This document shows, in pieces, positions 1-9,897 of a DNA stretch of 64,000 nucleotides (its first letter is position 1; each line of letters starts with the position of its first letter). The stretch is taken from assembly GCA_002719815.1 (NCBI GenBank), contig PBET01000024.1, positions 3,393-67,392 of the forward strand. The letters run 5' to 3'. The DNA comes from Methanobacteriota archaeon (GTDB lineage: Archaea; Thermoplasmatota; Poseidoniia; Poseidoniales; Poseidoniaceae). The notes beneath the pieces were generated by a model, which worked only from the letters and a program-made list of their open reading frames with translations, had not been told where the DNA came from and ran no database searches. Made by a program: the position numbers and the translations under genes.

Positions 1-667
1 TATTGCTCGATTGAAAGAACATGCAACGAAACTGAGAATTGATCATTCACTCATCGATGAACGTTCGATTGTTAAGCACTTGGAACTGAGCCCCCCAGAA
101 TTGAATGAAGGTCTCGTTCGAGTTGATGTTTCAGATTCATCGCACATCACCATCACGTATCGTCCATTCTCAGTTCAAAACGAATGCATAGATGCGATCA
201 CACATCCCAGCCCACGTTGGCCAAAGCGTGTTGCTGGAACAAAGCACGGTGCTTGGTCAGCATACATTGAAGCAAGAAAGGAAGCAGAAAGGAAAGGGGC
301 TGATGTAGCACTACTCGTACATGAATATTCAATTATTGATGGAGATCGATGCTCCCCGATTGTTCTCGATGAAGATGGTGTCGTTTGGATCAGTAATTCA
401 CCACTTGCTGTTGATTCAATCACAATTGAATTGATTCGCCCATTTCTCATCGCTTCAGGTTATCACATCCAAACTGGCCAACTCAACGAACGTCTGGTTG
501 CACGATGTGCCGAATTGGTTGCTGTCGGAACGGGTGTAGGTGTTGTAGGCATTGAGTCAATTGATGATGAACCTGTTGGCGACGATCGATTACGTCTCTT
601 TGAAGCCTGTACTTTAGCGCTCAAACAACTCTACGACATTACAGAACATTGGACCGAGGTGTGGTGA
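1..667 (+). CDS. Aminotransferase class IV / aminodeoxychorismate lyase-like (PabC-like), 5' partial at window edge
   Basis: Open frame runs to position 1 with no upstream stop; C-terminal half resembles class IV (BCAT/ADCL) fold motifs; 19-nt overlap with downstream pabAB-like gene. Confidence 0.5.
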   Translation, partial: IARLKEHATKLRIDHSLIDERSIVKHLELSPPELNEGLVRVDVSDSSHITITYRPFSVQNECIDAITHPSPRWPKRVAGTKHGAWSAYIEARKEAERKGADVALLVHEYSIIDGDRCSPIVLDEDGVVWISNSPLAVDSITIELIRPFLIASGYHIQTGQLNERLVARCAELVAVGTGVGVVGIESIDDEPVGDDRLRLFEACTLALKQLYDITEHWTEVW

Positions 668-2865
668 TGAATCCCCTAGACGCTGTTCGGCATTGTCTCA
701 TGGAACATGAACTCTTAGGGGAAGATGCTGCTAATTTTGGTTCACCAGATGAAATCATGCTGGTTTCTGCAGGACCTGTCAGCCATCTCTCTCGCTTCTC
801 ATTACTCTGTGGGCCTTCAACAAAAAGGGTCATCGTCCGACAACCGTCGAGAGAACAAGTACCTGTAGCAAATCCTCATTCACCTTTGGCTGGAGAAATT
901 GATTTGGCCACCAAGTTGCCATTTACATTTGATCGAGAGACGTGGGATGGTTCGTCCTGGAAACCTGATGTGTCGTACACAAGTGCATCGCTTTCAACTG
1001 GATTGAGGAAAATATGTACATGTTCCAACGGGCAATTCAAACCGGATGATTCGACAGATGTCCCCTTCCATGGTCCATTTTGGACGGGCGCATTATCGTA
1101 CAATTTGGTACAAATGACGCAACCATTACGATTACAATATCCTCCAAATGAAGGCGAACTACTCTGCGTATTGTGGGAAATCGAACACTGTATTGTTCAT
1201 GATAAGGAGCGTGATGCGTTGGTTGTTTTATCGACAGATGTTCATTGGAAGGAGAGAGCGAACGAGTGTCTATCCAATGCTCCACTGGAAACAGTTCCTT
1301 TCGATGTTTTGATTGGCGAGAAACCATCTTCAAATTGCACCGATGCCGAACACGAAGAAATTGTCAAAACTGTTCAATCATCAATCGTTGATGGTCAACT
1401 CTACCAACTTAATTACGGTCGTTCATGGGAAGGAGCGGTTTTGACAGAACCATGGGATGTCTTCTGTCATTCAATTGCATCAAATCCTGCCCCATATTCT
1501 GGTTTTTTGCACATGAAAGATGAATCGTTTGCACTCATTTCTGCTTCACCAGAATCACTTCTTGCAACTGAGAAAGGCATCATCACAACAGCTCCGATCA
1601 AAGGGACTGCACCAAGGGGCGCATCAGAGGCCGAGGAGATACTTCTTCGTGAAGATATGATTTCTGATCGTAAGGAACGAGCTGAACATCGAATGCTGGT
1701 TGACCTTATGCGAAACGATGTCGGACGCATCTCAAAGCCAAATCAAGTCTGGGTGGAACGATTTGATGTTGAAGCCTATGCTGAAGTTCAGCATCTCGTT
1801 TCACGAATCAAAGGTCGATTGAACGATGGTATCGATGTTTTTGACGCGATTGAAAACGTATTTCCTGGAGGTTCGATTACAGGATGTCCGAGGACCGTTG
1901 TCTGTGCAGCAATCGATGAATTGGAGCAATACCCTCGCTCGTTTTGGACTGGATCGATGGGTTGGTTCGACCCTTCAACTGGTGATTCATCTTGGAATAT
2001 TTTGATACGAACGGCTGAACTTCACAAAAGGGACGACGGTTGGACATCTAGAGTTACAGCAGGAGGAGGGATTACCATTGAATCAAATCCAAAATCGGAG
2101 GTTGCTGAAGCCAAGTGGAAAGCAAATGGACTCCTACGATCATGTGGTTGGATTGACGACACTGTTCTCGCTTCCCCTGTCAAACATCTTGCCATTCATT
2201 CTCTACCACTCGAAAGCCAGCAATCGAATCACGAAGTTTCATTCTCAATTCATACCGATGAACTTGTGAAGAATGCGGTCTTGTTAATCGATAATTTGGA
2301 CTCATTTACCTACAACATCGCTCACGATATTTGTGGACTTGGCCATCATGTGAACATTGTTTCTGGAAGGGATCATTCACATCACTCCGCTCAGGAACTT
2401 CTCGAAGAATTACAACCATCCCATGTCGTTCTAGGACCGGGGCCAGGATGGCCACAAGACAGTCCCTTGACGATGGATTTCGCAAAGCAAGCACTTGAAG
2501 GCAATACCCCTCCACTTCTCGGGATTTGTCTTGGTCATCAAGCAATAGGTCTTGCATCTGGTCTCGACGTCGCCCCTAGTCCGATTGGACCCGTTCATGG
2601 CACACCCGTCAAGTGTTTACACGAAGGAAATGGTTTGTTTGAAGGCTTAGATGAACTATCGGTGACCCGTTACAATTCCTTAACATTGTTGACAGTTGAA
2701 TGTCAAGGACATGATAGCATTGTTATTGATGCAACCGATGACACGAAGTCGCTTGTTCTTGGCCTTCGCTCAACACAAGCATCCGTCTTTGGCGTACAAT
2801 TCCATCCAGAATCGGTTGGCAGTCAATCAGGTGTACAAATCCTGTCAAGATTTCTTGAATATTGA
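649..2865 (+). CDS. pabAB: Fused aminodeoxychorismate (or anthranilate) synthase component I + glutamine amidotransferase component II
   Basis: 738 aa; chorismate-binding enzyme signature FPGGSITGCPR, C-terminal class I GATase (LIDNLDSFTYNIAHDI, GICLGHQA, FHPES); adjacent class IV aminotransferase favours Pab over Trp. Confidence 0.8.
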   Translation: MDRGVVMNPLDAVRHCLMEHELLGEDAANFGSPDEIMLVSAGPVSHLSRFSLLCGPSTKRVIVRQPSREQVPVANPHSPLAGEIDLATKLPFTFDRETWDGSSWKPDVSYTSASLSTGLRKICTCSNGQFKPDDSTDVPFHGPFWTGALSYNLVQMTQPLRLQYPPNEGELLCVLWEIEHCIVHDKERDALVVLSTDVHWKERANECLSNAPLETVPFDVLIGEKPSSNCTDAEHEEIVKTVQSSIVDGQLYQLNYGRSWEGAVLTEPWDVFCHSIASNPAPYSGFLHMKDESFALISASPESLLATEKGIITTAPIKGTAPRGASEAEEILLREDMISDRKERAEHRMLVDLMRNDVGRISKPNQVWVERFDVEAYAEVQHLVSRIKGRLNDGIDVFDAIENVFPGGSITGCPRTVVCAAIDELEQYPRSFWTGSMGWFDPSTGDSSWNILIRTAELHKRDDGWTSRVTAGGGITIESNPKSEVAEAKWKANGLLRSCGWIDDTVLASPVKHLAIHSLPLESQQSNHEVSFSIHTDELVKNAVLLIDNLDSFTYNIAHDICGLGHHVNIVSGRDHSHHSAQELLEELQPSHVVLGPGPGWPQDSPLTMDFAKQALEGNTPPLLGICLGHQAIGLASGLDVAPSPIGPVHGTPVKCLHEGNGLFEGLDELSVTRYNSLTLLTVECQGHDSIVIDATDDTKSLVLGLRSTQASVFGVQFHPESVGSQSGVQILSRFLEY

Positions 2866-2914
2866 GCGCATGGTTGAAATGACGGCAGTATTTGGGTAGG
2901 AATGAGGGAAGAAG

Positions 2915-3301
2915 ATGCCAGTCTGTCGACTCTGTTCTGGAACCTATCCACGCGAATTCTTCATTCATGGGAATGGACCAAAAACACAGGTCTGTGCACG
3001 ATGTGGTGTTGAGCACGGTTATATCAGTAAAGATGAGGCAACAAATCTCTACGATGATACACTGAAGTCTTCACGTCTCAGCACTGTTACTCGCCGATAT
3101 CGGCCCTTCCTCTACCTCACAGTTCTGTGGACGATTTACATCACAACAGTTCGAAGTATTGACCCATGGGGCTGGTACATGCTGATTATGCTCGCAATTC
3201 TAACACTCGCTTCAATTGTGCTCTTTTTCACCAGTGCTGCAAAGTTTTCCAGCACACTTGCTCGGCTAACGCCTGATTTTGAGCGCCCAAAAGGCCATTG
3301 A
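2915..3301 (+). CDS. Small membrane protein with N-terminal Cys4 zinc ribbon (CRLC...CARC) and 2 TM helices
   Basis: ATG start with upstream purine-rich SD-like GGGAAGAAG; no recognisable family. Confidence 0.45.
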   Translation: MPVCRLCSGTYPREFFIHGNGPKTQVCARCGVEHGYISKDEATNLYDDTLKSSRLSTVTRRYRPFLYLTVLWTIYITTVRSIDPWGWYMLIMLAILTLASIVLFFTSAAKFSSTLARLTPDFERPKGH

Positions 3302-3304
3302 GAT

Positions 3305-4600
3305 TCACTTTGAATGAATCCTTAGAACGTCTCCATCGGAGAGTTCATGTTCAGCCCCAACGATTCGTCGTGTACGTCCATCAACACCTTTGATGAAACC
3401 ATCTCCGAGATCGGAGTGCACTTTGTATGCCACTTGTTTGGCTTGGATACCATTCTGAACCACAAAAGCATCAGGCAATACGTTACCATCCCCATCGGTC
3501 CAATGGGTTTCATCTTGGACAGGATAAACAACAATACGATCGAGTTCCTCAAAAAGAACCTGATCAAGAAGATTGGTCAATCCAGTTCCTTGTAATTTAT
3601 TCAAACGTTCACCAAGAACCGACATGCCTTTCATTTGCGCATCGTTCATCGGCTGATTTTGATTTAATTCAAATGAAGTTGAACCGGGTGTATAGGAAAT
3701 AAATCCTGCCTTGCTCGCTTGACGGAGCGCTAATTCTGTTTCTGCCGAGCACGGTGTAAATTGATCGAGTGTGGCTTGAAGGTGGTCGAGTACACCATCA
3801 GGGGCCATGTCCGCTTTGTTCCCTGCAATAAAGATAGGAAACAACTGCTTCCTCAATGAAGAGGCAAGGAGAATCAGTACATCATCGGACCAATCCCATG
3901 GAGATGTCATGTCGCTATGGAGTTGGGTGAATGCATCAAAGGCGCGTTGACACGTGGAATCTGTTGCTCCCAATCCGGATAGGCGCTCTTGCAGGAATTG
4001 AGTGAATCCCTTCACACCTTCGGCTTGAATTCGACGAGCGCCGCGAGACCAGCCCTCTTTGACAAGCCCTAGAATCCATGCATCAAGTTCCTCTGTAAGG
4101 AAGGTGATTTCTGCAAGTGCTTGTTCAATCGCTTGTTCTTTTGTTGCTTTCAATCCTGTTGGATTTCCTTCAGCATCGGTTGTTCCTGCAACATCAATGA
4201 CCTGAATCAATGCATCGCATTCTGCTAAATCGGACAAGAAAGCATTCCCTCGGCCTCGTCCTTCACTTGCTCCAGGAACCAAGCCTGCAACATCGACCAA
4301 CATGCAAGGAACGTATCGCCTGTGCCCTTCACAAGAGCCTGTGCGTGGTGTGCAGATACTGCCTCCACGATCATCACTGAGTTGGCTACGACCGTCTTGT
4401 TCAAGTCGCTCTCGTAGGGACATACAGGGGCAAGGTTCTCGACTTGGAACAAAGGAAAATCCAACGTTTGGTTCAATCGTACAAAACGGATAATTTGCAA
4501 TATCGACTGGAATCAATGTCGATGCTGCAAAGAAAGTCGATTTGCCGACGTTTGGTTTACCAACCAATCCAATTCGCACGGTTTGACCGCCTCGCTTCAC
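3305..4600 (-). CDS. ychF: Obg-like ATPase/GTPase of the YchF/OLA1 family with C-terminal TGS domain
   Basis: G1 motif GLVGKPNVGKSTFF and YchF hallmark ANYPFCTIEPNVG; TGS-like C-terminus; Cys-rich ~50 aa insertion; start overlaps stop of upstream gene (4597-4600). Confidence 0.8.
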   Translation of the reverse strand: MKRGGQTVRIGLVGKPNVGKSTFFAASTLIPVDIANYPFCTIEPNVGFSFVPSREPCPCMSLRERLEQDGRSQLSDDRGGSICTPRTGSCEGHRRYVPCMLVDVAGLVPGASEGRGRGNAFLSDLAECDALIQVIDVAGTTDAEGNPTGLKATKEQAIEQALAEITFLTEELDAWILGLVKEGWSRGARRIQAEGVKGFTQFLQERLSGLGATDSTCQRAFDAFTQLHSDMTSPWDWSDDVLILLASSLRKQLFPIFIAGNKADMAPDGVLDHLQATLDQFTPCSAETELALRQASKAGFISYTPGSTSFELNQNQPMNDAQMKGMSVLGERLNKLQGTGLTNLLDQVLFEELDRIVVYPVQDETHWTDGDGNVLPDAFVVQNGIQAKQVAYKVHSDLGDGFIKGVDGRTRRIVGAEHELSDGDVLRIHSK

Positions 4601-6558
4601 TCTTCTTCGACGACACCAGAGCGTACTCGTGCAATGGCGATGTCAAGTTCTGGGAGGTTGACTCGACCGTCTCCGTCAAGATCGATGAATTCCATGAGAC
4701 GTGCGATATCCCATGGAGGCAAATCTGCAATGTCTGTACTTCGTAGTGCCTGCTGGAGTTCATAGCCATCGATAAGGCCAGAGTCATCCAAATCGATTGA
4801 ACGGAAGAATTCAAAGATGCTCATGTCCTTCTTTGCGAGATAGTCTGACAGCATCTCAAGTTCATTCTTTTCAACTGGGAATTCATCAACTTCATCGTTG
4901 TGGAGGGTTGATGAAACTTCGATAATGGTCATTCCGCCATCGTCTTCAACATCGGCTCCAACGACCAAAACGGTATCGACACCAACGCCGCGTTGCAAGA
5001 GCTTTCGAATCGAAGATTCACCACGTTGCATGGAATAACGACTGATGTCCGAGGTTGTCGAAACGGTTGTATCGACTTTCATTCCTCCAATGGATGTTCG
5101 AATGAGATTCAAGAACAAGAGAATGACACCAATCGAAGCGAAGTAGAAGAGAACGGATGCGGTTAAACTGAATCCACCATCTGTCATGACCACGTCTTCA
5201 CTACCGGAATCGAGAAGTGCTTTTTCGGTGAAGTCACCCATCAACTTCGCAACTGTCGAAGTGACGGCACCAAAGGCGATGAGCATGGTTGACAGGGATG
5301 CAGATGATGAGGATGCGAGTTTACGGCCGCCTGCTAATGGATAGGATTCTGCGACACAGGCGACGGCCATAAGTCCGCCAACAGTCCACATGAAACCAAC
5401 ATCAACGGTTGTGGCCATGTCATTCAGTGCGCCAAGGCCAATGAACACGTCAAGTGAAGTGAAGTATCCTCCAATTGCATACAGTGGGAAGAAGACCATT
5501 GCAAGCGTTGCCGCTAATGCGCCTGGTCGAGATACAACACCTGTTGCATTGCCAAGCGAGGTCATGATGATGTTCACCGAACCTGCCATAATTGGCAAGA
5601 GGGCAAGCGTCATGAGGATGGCCCCGAGATTCTCGAGGAGTGTCCCAGCATCAGCCGATGATAGCATGAATGGAGGCAAGGTGAAGAAGAGAAGAAGAAG
5701 GCTTGCCTTCGTCATTGAATCGGACCAAATCGGGCGACTTGCTGCTCGAGGAACTACGTGATATGCAACCGAGAAGATAAGGGCGATAAGCGCCCAAGAT
5801 TGTGTCATTCGCTCTCCGAGCCAAACTGTTTGGGTTGAGTCAGCCAGTTCCCCAAAGAATCGGAATTGTGAACCGAAGATGAACGATGCAAGAGCCATGA
5901 ACATGAACCAGTTGCTTGCTGAGATGATGTCGCCCTTTCGTTGTGCCACTGTTAGGAGAACGTTGATCATCACTGCAATGATGATAAATGAGCGCAATGC
6001 ATGCATGAAGAGGTCTTGAATAAGGGCTTCATTTGCGGCTGTTAAATCGATAACAAGGCCAAGGATTGTTGGTAGAAGCATCGATGAAATGGTGAGGACT
6101 GAAAACAACAATCCAGTCAAACTGGCATTGGCTTCGCTTGCGAGACGGCCTGCTCCTGCTCGTGCTGCAGCAACCAAGCCACCGCCGACGAGAATCGAAA
6201 TTAGACCAGTCATCAAGGTCACATCAACGAATGTAGCCAACGCGCTTCCATCGTCATATTCCCATCCAATGCTTGCGAGCGAATCGAGGGCTGTAGCATC
6301 ATAATCGTGCCATAGTGCGAGGAATGTGCCGATTGCTGCAAAAGTTAGCCAGATCATTCCAAGGTTCATCCACGTCTTCGATCCACTTCCTTTGTCATCG
6401 TTGAAGAGATCAACAATTCCAGCTGGTGCTTTGTTGAGCAGAAAAAGGCCAAATTGACGCATCGGTTCGGCCATGTTTCCAATCCCACGTTGAAGATAGA
6501 ACGTAGCAAAACCAACCACCGTGAAGAAGAAGAAAAGTGCGATAAATACTGCATCCAT
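4597..6558 (-). CDS. Polytopic (~13 TM) membrane protein with cytoplasmic C-terminal EF-hand pair
   Basis: 653 aa; hydrophobic core; C-terminal DLDDSGLIDGYEL and DLDGDGRVNLPEL canonical EF-hand loops; translationally coupled to ychF-like gene. Confidence 0.75.
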   Translation of the reverse strand: MDAVFIALFFFFTVVGFATFYLQRGIGNMAEPMRQFGLFLLNKAPAGIVDLFNDDKGSGSKTWMNLGMIWLTFAAIGTFLALWHDYDATALDSLASIGWEYDDGSALATFVDVTLMTGLISILVGGGLVAAARAGAGRLASEANASLTGLLFSVLTISSMLLPTILGLVIDLTAANEALIQDLFMHALRSFIIIAVMINVLLTVAQRKGDIISASNWFMFMALASFIFGSQFRFFGELADSTQTVWLGERMTQSWALIALIFSVAYHVVPRAASRPIWSDSMTKASLLLLFFTLPPFMLSSADAGTLLENLGAILMTLALLPIMAGSVNIIMTSLGNATGVVSRPGALAATLAMVFFPLYAIGGYFTSLDVFIGLGALNDMATTVDVGFMWTVGGLMAVACVAESYPLAGGRKLASSSSASLSTMLIAFGAVTSTVAKLMGDFTEKALLDSGSEDVVMTDGGFSLTASVLFYFASIGVILLFLNLIRTSIGGMKVDTTVSTTSDISRYSMQRGESSIRKLLQRGVGVDTVLVVGADVEDDGGMTIIEVSSTLHNDEVDEFPVEKNELEMLSDYLAKKDMSIFEFFRSIDLDDSGLIDGYELQQALRSTDIADLPPWDIARLMEFIDLDGDGRVNLPELDIAIARVRSGVVEEE

Positions 6559-6568
6559 TCATATCACC

Positions 6569-6841
6569 TCAATCTGCTAGGACCTCGCCTGCCAGTGTCG
6601 ATACAATCGCTCCAAGTCCAATGATGAAACCAAGCAGGTAGTACCAAATTCCTGAACCTCCAAGATTGGACATCAGTGGCACGATGTCGCCGATAACCGG
6701 GATGTTATCCCAGCCGAAGATGGTGCTGAAAAGACCAAACATTCCGATGGTTACAACCGAAAGCAAAACAAGAATAATTCGGCTTGATGATGGTTCTGCA
6801 GTTCCGATGACTGCATCAGGGAGTTCTGTGCTATTCGACAT
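6569..6841 (-). CDS. Small 2-TM membrane protein, first gene of the EF-hand membrane protein/YchF operon
   Basis: 90 aa hydrophobic ORF 10 nt upstream of the 653-aa membrane protein on same strand. Confidence 0.45.
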   Translation of the reverse strand: MSNSTELPDAVIGTAEPSSSRIILVLLSVVTIGMFGLFSTIFGWDNIPVIGDIVPLMSNLGGSGIWYYLLGFIIGLGAIVSTLAGEVLAD

Positions 6842-6941
6842 ACCTTGACCTCATGCGTCCAAGATGGACATGCCTGCGACTCAAAGCGCGGTGATAAACA
6901 TTCACCAAGAGCATCATTGAACCGCTCAATAACTCGGCTAT

Positions 6942-8108
6942 TCACGGCGAGCGAAGAATGTTGGTAAGAGAACCACGTCTTGGCATTGAAGTTCCAAGTG
7001 GGACCGGAATGGTTCTGTCATTCATTAACTCCTGATTCCATTGATTTTTGCAGACACAATCCAATCCTTGAAACTCATCCAGTGAACCAGAAACAGCATA
7101 ACGCTCGATCGCTGCAACAACTTCAGCATCGCATTCTCCACAATTGTGAGAGCCACGTATCTTTCCACCGGCAGTTGGATGGATAATCAAACGAGAAATT
7201 TGATCATCATCTCCATTCATTCCGCCATTTGGATGGACGATGTGGTGACTCTGTTGAATGAGTTCGACCAAGGACCAAAGCCAGGGAGGGCGATATTCAC
7301 GATGGCGATGAAGTCGATCGATAACAGTCCCTCGCTGGATGTTCATTGGATTGATGGAAATCTCATCGCTCTGTTCTGCAACAGCTTCAATCCACTTTAC
7401 ACAATGATCGAGTGCATCAGCTTCGCTCATAAACGGGGGTTTGAACATCAAATAGGTCTTGACTCGGAGATTGAATTTCTTGAGGCGTTCGACTGCTCGA
7501 TCCCACGATGCTGCAGAAAATCCTTTGTTCACGTGAAATCGTAGGACTTCATCATCGTAGGCTTCCAAGCCAATCGCTACCGTAAAATTTGGATTGATTG
7601 ATGTGGCCCAAGCCAATTTCTCTTCAGTTAGTTGTTCGGTTCGACTCTCGACAATGAGTTCCTTTCCAAGTTCGAAACAATCTCGTAAGACCGTTTCTTG
7701 GAAATCAACCGGGATTTCTCGATCTTCAAGCAACGAACCAGATGTGTAAACCTTGACCATCGATTGGCCTTCAAAATTAGAAAATTTATCCTTCGCGTGT
7801 TGCCATTGCGCATGAAGATCTTCGCTTGTGACATCATCGCGTGTATCGTTAAAATAGCCACAAAATGTACAACCTGAGGACCACCACCAATGGCAACCTT
7901 TGGTCCGAAGAATAACCGTAACCGCTGAGCAGGGTTCACCTTCAGTCGTCATCTCTGGTGTGGAATACACCGTTGCAGGAAACGATGCATCCCATGATTG
8001 TTGACGTTCTTTTGCCCATGGCGTATTTGCAGGGGCTTTGACGAGATCGTGGATTTTGAGGCTCTTTGAGGAATCCCCTAACATCGTAAGAGGTTTCTTC
8101 GATGACAA
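6942..8108 (-). CDS. Radical SAM protein, TIGR01210/RaSEA-like (archaeosine-pathway type), atypical Cys spacing
   Basis: VILRTKGCHWWWSSGCTFCGY cluster (C-x7-C-x2-C) in position of RaSEA CxnCxxC; ~60 aa N-terminal extension. Confidence 0.55.
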   Translation of the reverse strand: MSSKKPLTMLGDSSKSLKIHDLVKAPANTPWAKERQQSWDASFPATVYSTPEMTTEGEPCSAVTVILRTKGCHWWWSSGCTFCGYFNDTRDDVTSEDLHAQWQHAKDKFSNFEGQSMVKVYTSGSLLEDREIPVDFQETVLRDCFELGKELIVESRTEQLTEEKLAWATSINPNFTVAIGLEAYDDEVLRFHVNKGFSAASWDRAVERLKKFNLRVKTYLMFKPPFMSEADALDHCVKWIEAVAEQSDEISINPMNIQRGTVIDRLHRHREYRPPWLWSLVELIQQSHHIVHPNGGMNGDDDQISRLIIHPTAGGKIRGSHNCGECDAEVVAAIERYAVSGSLDEFQGLDCVCKNQWNQELMNDRTIPVPLGTSMPRRGSLTNILRSP

Positions 8109-8120
8109 TCTAGCAACCCC

Positions 8121-8975
8121 TTATTCTTCTTCGGAAATTCTTCGAAAGAGAATATCCGAACCCGCTTTAACAAACTGGCCTTTTGGATGCTGAGGATGGT
8201 TGTCTTCTGCAGAGATGACTTGAGGCTCATAGAGTGCTGCAGGAACTCGAACATCGACTCGGCTGCCGAGACGGATCATTCCGTAACGCTCGCCTCTTCG
8301 AAGTGTATCTCCAATCCCTTTCCAAGGAACAATCGTTCGAGCAAGCGCACCCGATATTTGCATGACTTCAGTGCGCTCTCCATCCTCTGCTTCGAAAACA
8401 GTACGGACACGTTCATTGTATTCGCTTTCTTTGCGATAGGCAGGCGCAAAGGGGCCGCGACGACGTCCTTTGCCCGTTCGATGTTCCATTGCAATAATCC
8501 TCGCTGAACGTGGCGCTCGGTTGACGTGAACGTCAAGAGGTGACATGAAGATGGCAACACGCCAAACATCTGAGTCATGAAGCGTTCCTTCCACGGGCTC
8601 GAATCGCTGTTCGGTTTCAAAGGTTAGAGGATTGTCACATGCTTGAGGATACCAGTCGCCCGTATGCTCATCGGTCTCAATGCTCTGCTCATCTCGCTCA
8701 GTTTGCGATGGTCGACGACCATTGGCTCGCTCACGACGAACAAACATCACGTGTCCATCTGCAGGTGAGACCAAAATGCCTGAATCTTGAGGAATTGGGC
8801 GATCAGGATCTCGCCAGAAATTAGCAAAGAAAACTGCAACCATCAAACAAAGAACGCCTAGGAGCGGTAACAGTCCATTCAATGAGTCAAGATAGATGCC
8901 GCCAACAAGAATTGCAACACCTGCAAGAGCGAAGGTTGCTACTGGAGCATGACCTCCCTGAGCAAGGCCTGCCAA
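8121..8975 (-). CDS. psd: Archaeal-type phosphatidyl(archaetidyl)serine decarboxylase proenzyme
   Basis: N-terminal TM helices, PSD core, LGSRVDV pyruvoyl-forming GS motif. Confidence 0.75.
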   Translation of the reverse strand: MAGLAQGGHAPVATFALAGVAILVGGIYLDSLNGLLPLLGVLCLMVAVFFANFWRDPDRPIPQDSGILVSPADGHVMFVRRERANGRRPSQTERDEQSIETDEHTGDWYPQACDNPLTFETEQRFEPVEGTLHDSDVWRVAIFMSPLDVHVNRAPRSARIIAMEHRTGKGRRRGPFAPAYRKESEYNERVRTVFEAEDGERTEVMQISGALARTIVPWKGIGDTLRRGERYGMIRLGSRVDVRVPAALYEPQVISAEDNHPQHPKGQFVKAGSDILFRRISEEE

Positions 8976-8986
8976 GATGGTTCACC

Positions 8987-9787
8987 TCAGTTGTCAGCCC
9001 ATGGGTCGACATCGGAGTTCCAGGTTGCATCTGCTTCAGCGGGTTCTTCCGCTTCTTCAGCAGGTTCCTCTGCTTCTTCTGCGACCTCTTCTGAATCCTC
9101 TGATGTTTCTTCTGGGGCTTCTTCTTCGGCTGGCTCTTCGACAGCTTCTTCTTCCGAAGGTGCTTCTTCAACAACGCCTTCTTCAATGAGTGCTTCAGCT
9201 TCCTCGACGGTCATTTCAGCAGCACGTGCTTCGACCATCTCATCCATACGTTCTGTGAACGCTCGAGACATGTGTTGAGATTCTCGTTCGGCTTCAACCG
9301 CACGCTCGATCATCTCATAACGTTCCTTAATGGCCTTGTTGAGGTCTTCAAAGAGTGTCATGTGAGCAACATACCAATCATCACGAGCCTTCATTTCAGT
9401 AACTGCGAGTTTCAAATCATTGTCAAGTTCTTCCGCAATTCCAAACACTTTCCCAAGACGATCTTTCTCTCGAGAATACTTCTCTTCCATTGTTTGGAGA
9501 GCAGGTTCCAAATGCTCAACACGCTTGTCTGCTTTTGTAGCCTTCATCTCAAGTTCACGAATACGGAAATCTTTCTCCGCGATAAGTGATTCTTGCGCTT
9601 CACGCTCAATCTCTTTGTCGATAATTTCTTTTTCGAGAACTTCGATCTCTGCTCGTGCATCAACAAGTTCCTTTTCTTGTGTTTCATACGCTGCAAAGAG
9701 TTTCTTCAGACGGTCTGTTTCAGTGGCGAGTGCCTCTTCAAGCTGGCCGATTCGAACTTCGGGAGTGATGGTTCCTTCTTCACTCAT
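8987..9787 (-). CDS. Coiled-coil protein with acidic (E/P/A-rich) C-terminal tail
   Basis: 266 aa, heptad-rich KELVDARAEIEVLEKEI etc., tail EEPAEEAEEPAEADATW; no family recognised. Confidence 0.7.
   Translation of the reverse strand: MSEEGTITPEVRIGQLEEALATETDRLKKLFAAYETQEKELVDARAEIEVLEKEIIDKEIEREAQESLIAEKDFRIRELEMKATKADKRVEHLEPALQTMEEKYSREKDRLGKVFGIAEELDNDLKLAVTEMKARDDWYVAHMTLFEDLNKAIKERYEMIERAVEAERESQHMSRAFTERMDEMVEARAAEMTVEEAEALIEEGVVEEAPSEEEAVEEPAEEEAPEETSEDSEEVAEEAEEPAEEAEEPAEADATWNSDVDPWADN
9040..9175. repeat. Imperfect short tandem repeats (CTTCTTC/GCTTCTTC units) encoding the acidic tail; low complexity
   Basis: Visible repetition of cttcttc.gc(a/t)g units on + strand; antisense frame gives Lys-rich shadow ORF 8887..9186. 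Confidence 0.5.
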
Positions 9788-9897
9788 TTTTTCACCCGGA
9801 GGTATGCCTCCACATCAACCCAGCCGCCTTTACCCTATGAAGCCGACGCCTCGTTGAGAACGATTGCACACTTCTCGGTCCTATGTTCTATGCACGA

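Noticed and set aside
4597-6558. Assignment of the 13-TM protein to heme-copper oxidase subunit I or a specific transporter family
   Set aside because: Conserved His ligand pattern of oxidases is absent, and no transporter signature could be recognised confidently by eye. Left as uncharacterised.
9040-9175. Repetitive DNA examined as possible CRISPR or other array
   Set aside because: Units are short, imperfect codon repeats (GAA/GAG/GCT/CCA) inside a coding acidic tail. No spacer-repeat periodicity of 25-40 nt.
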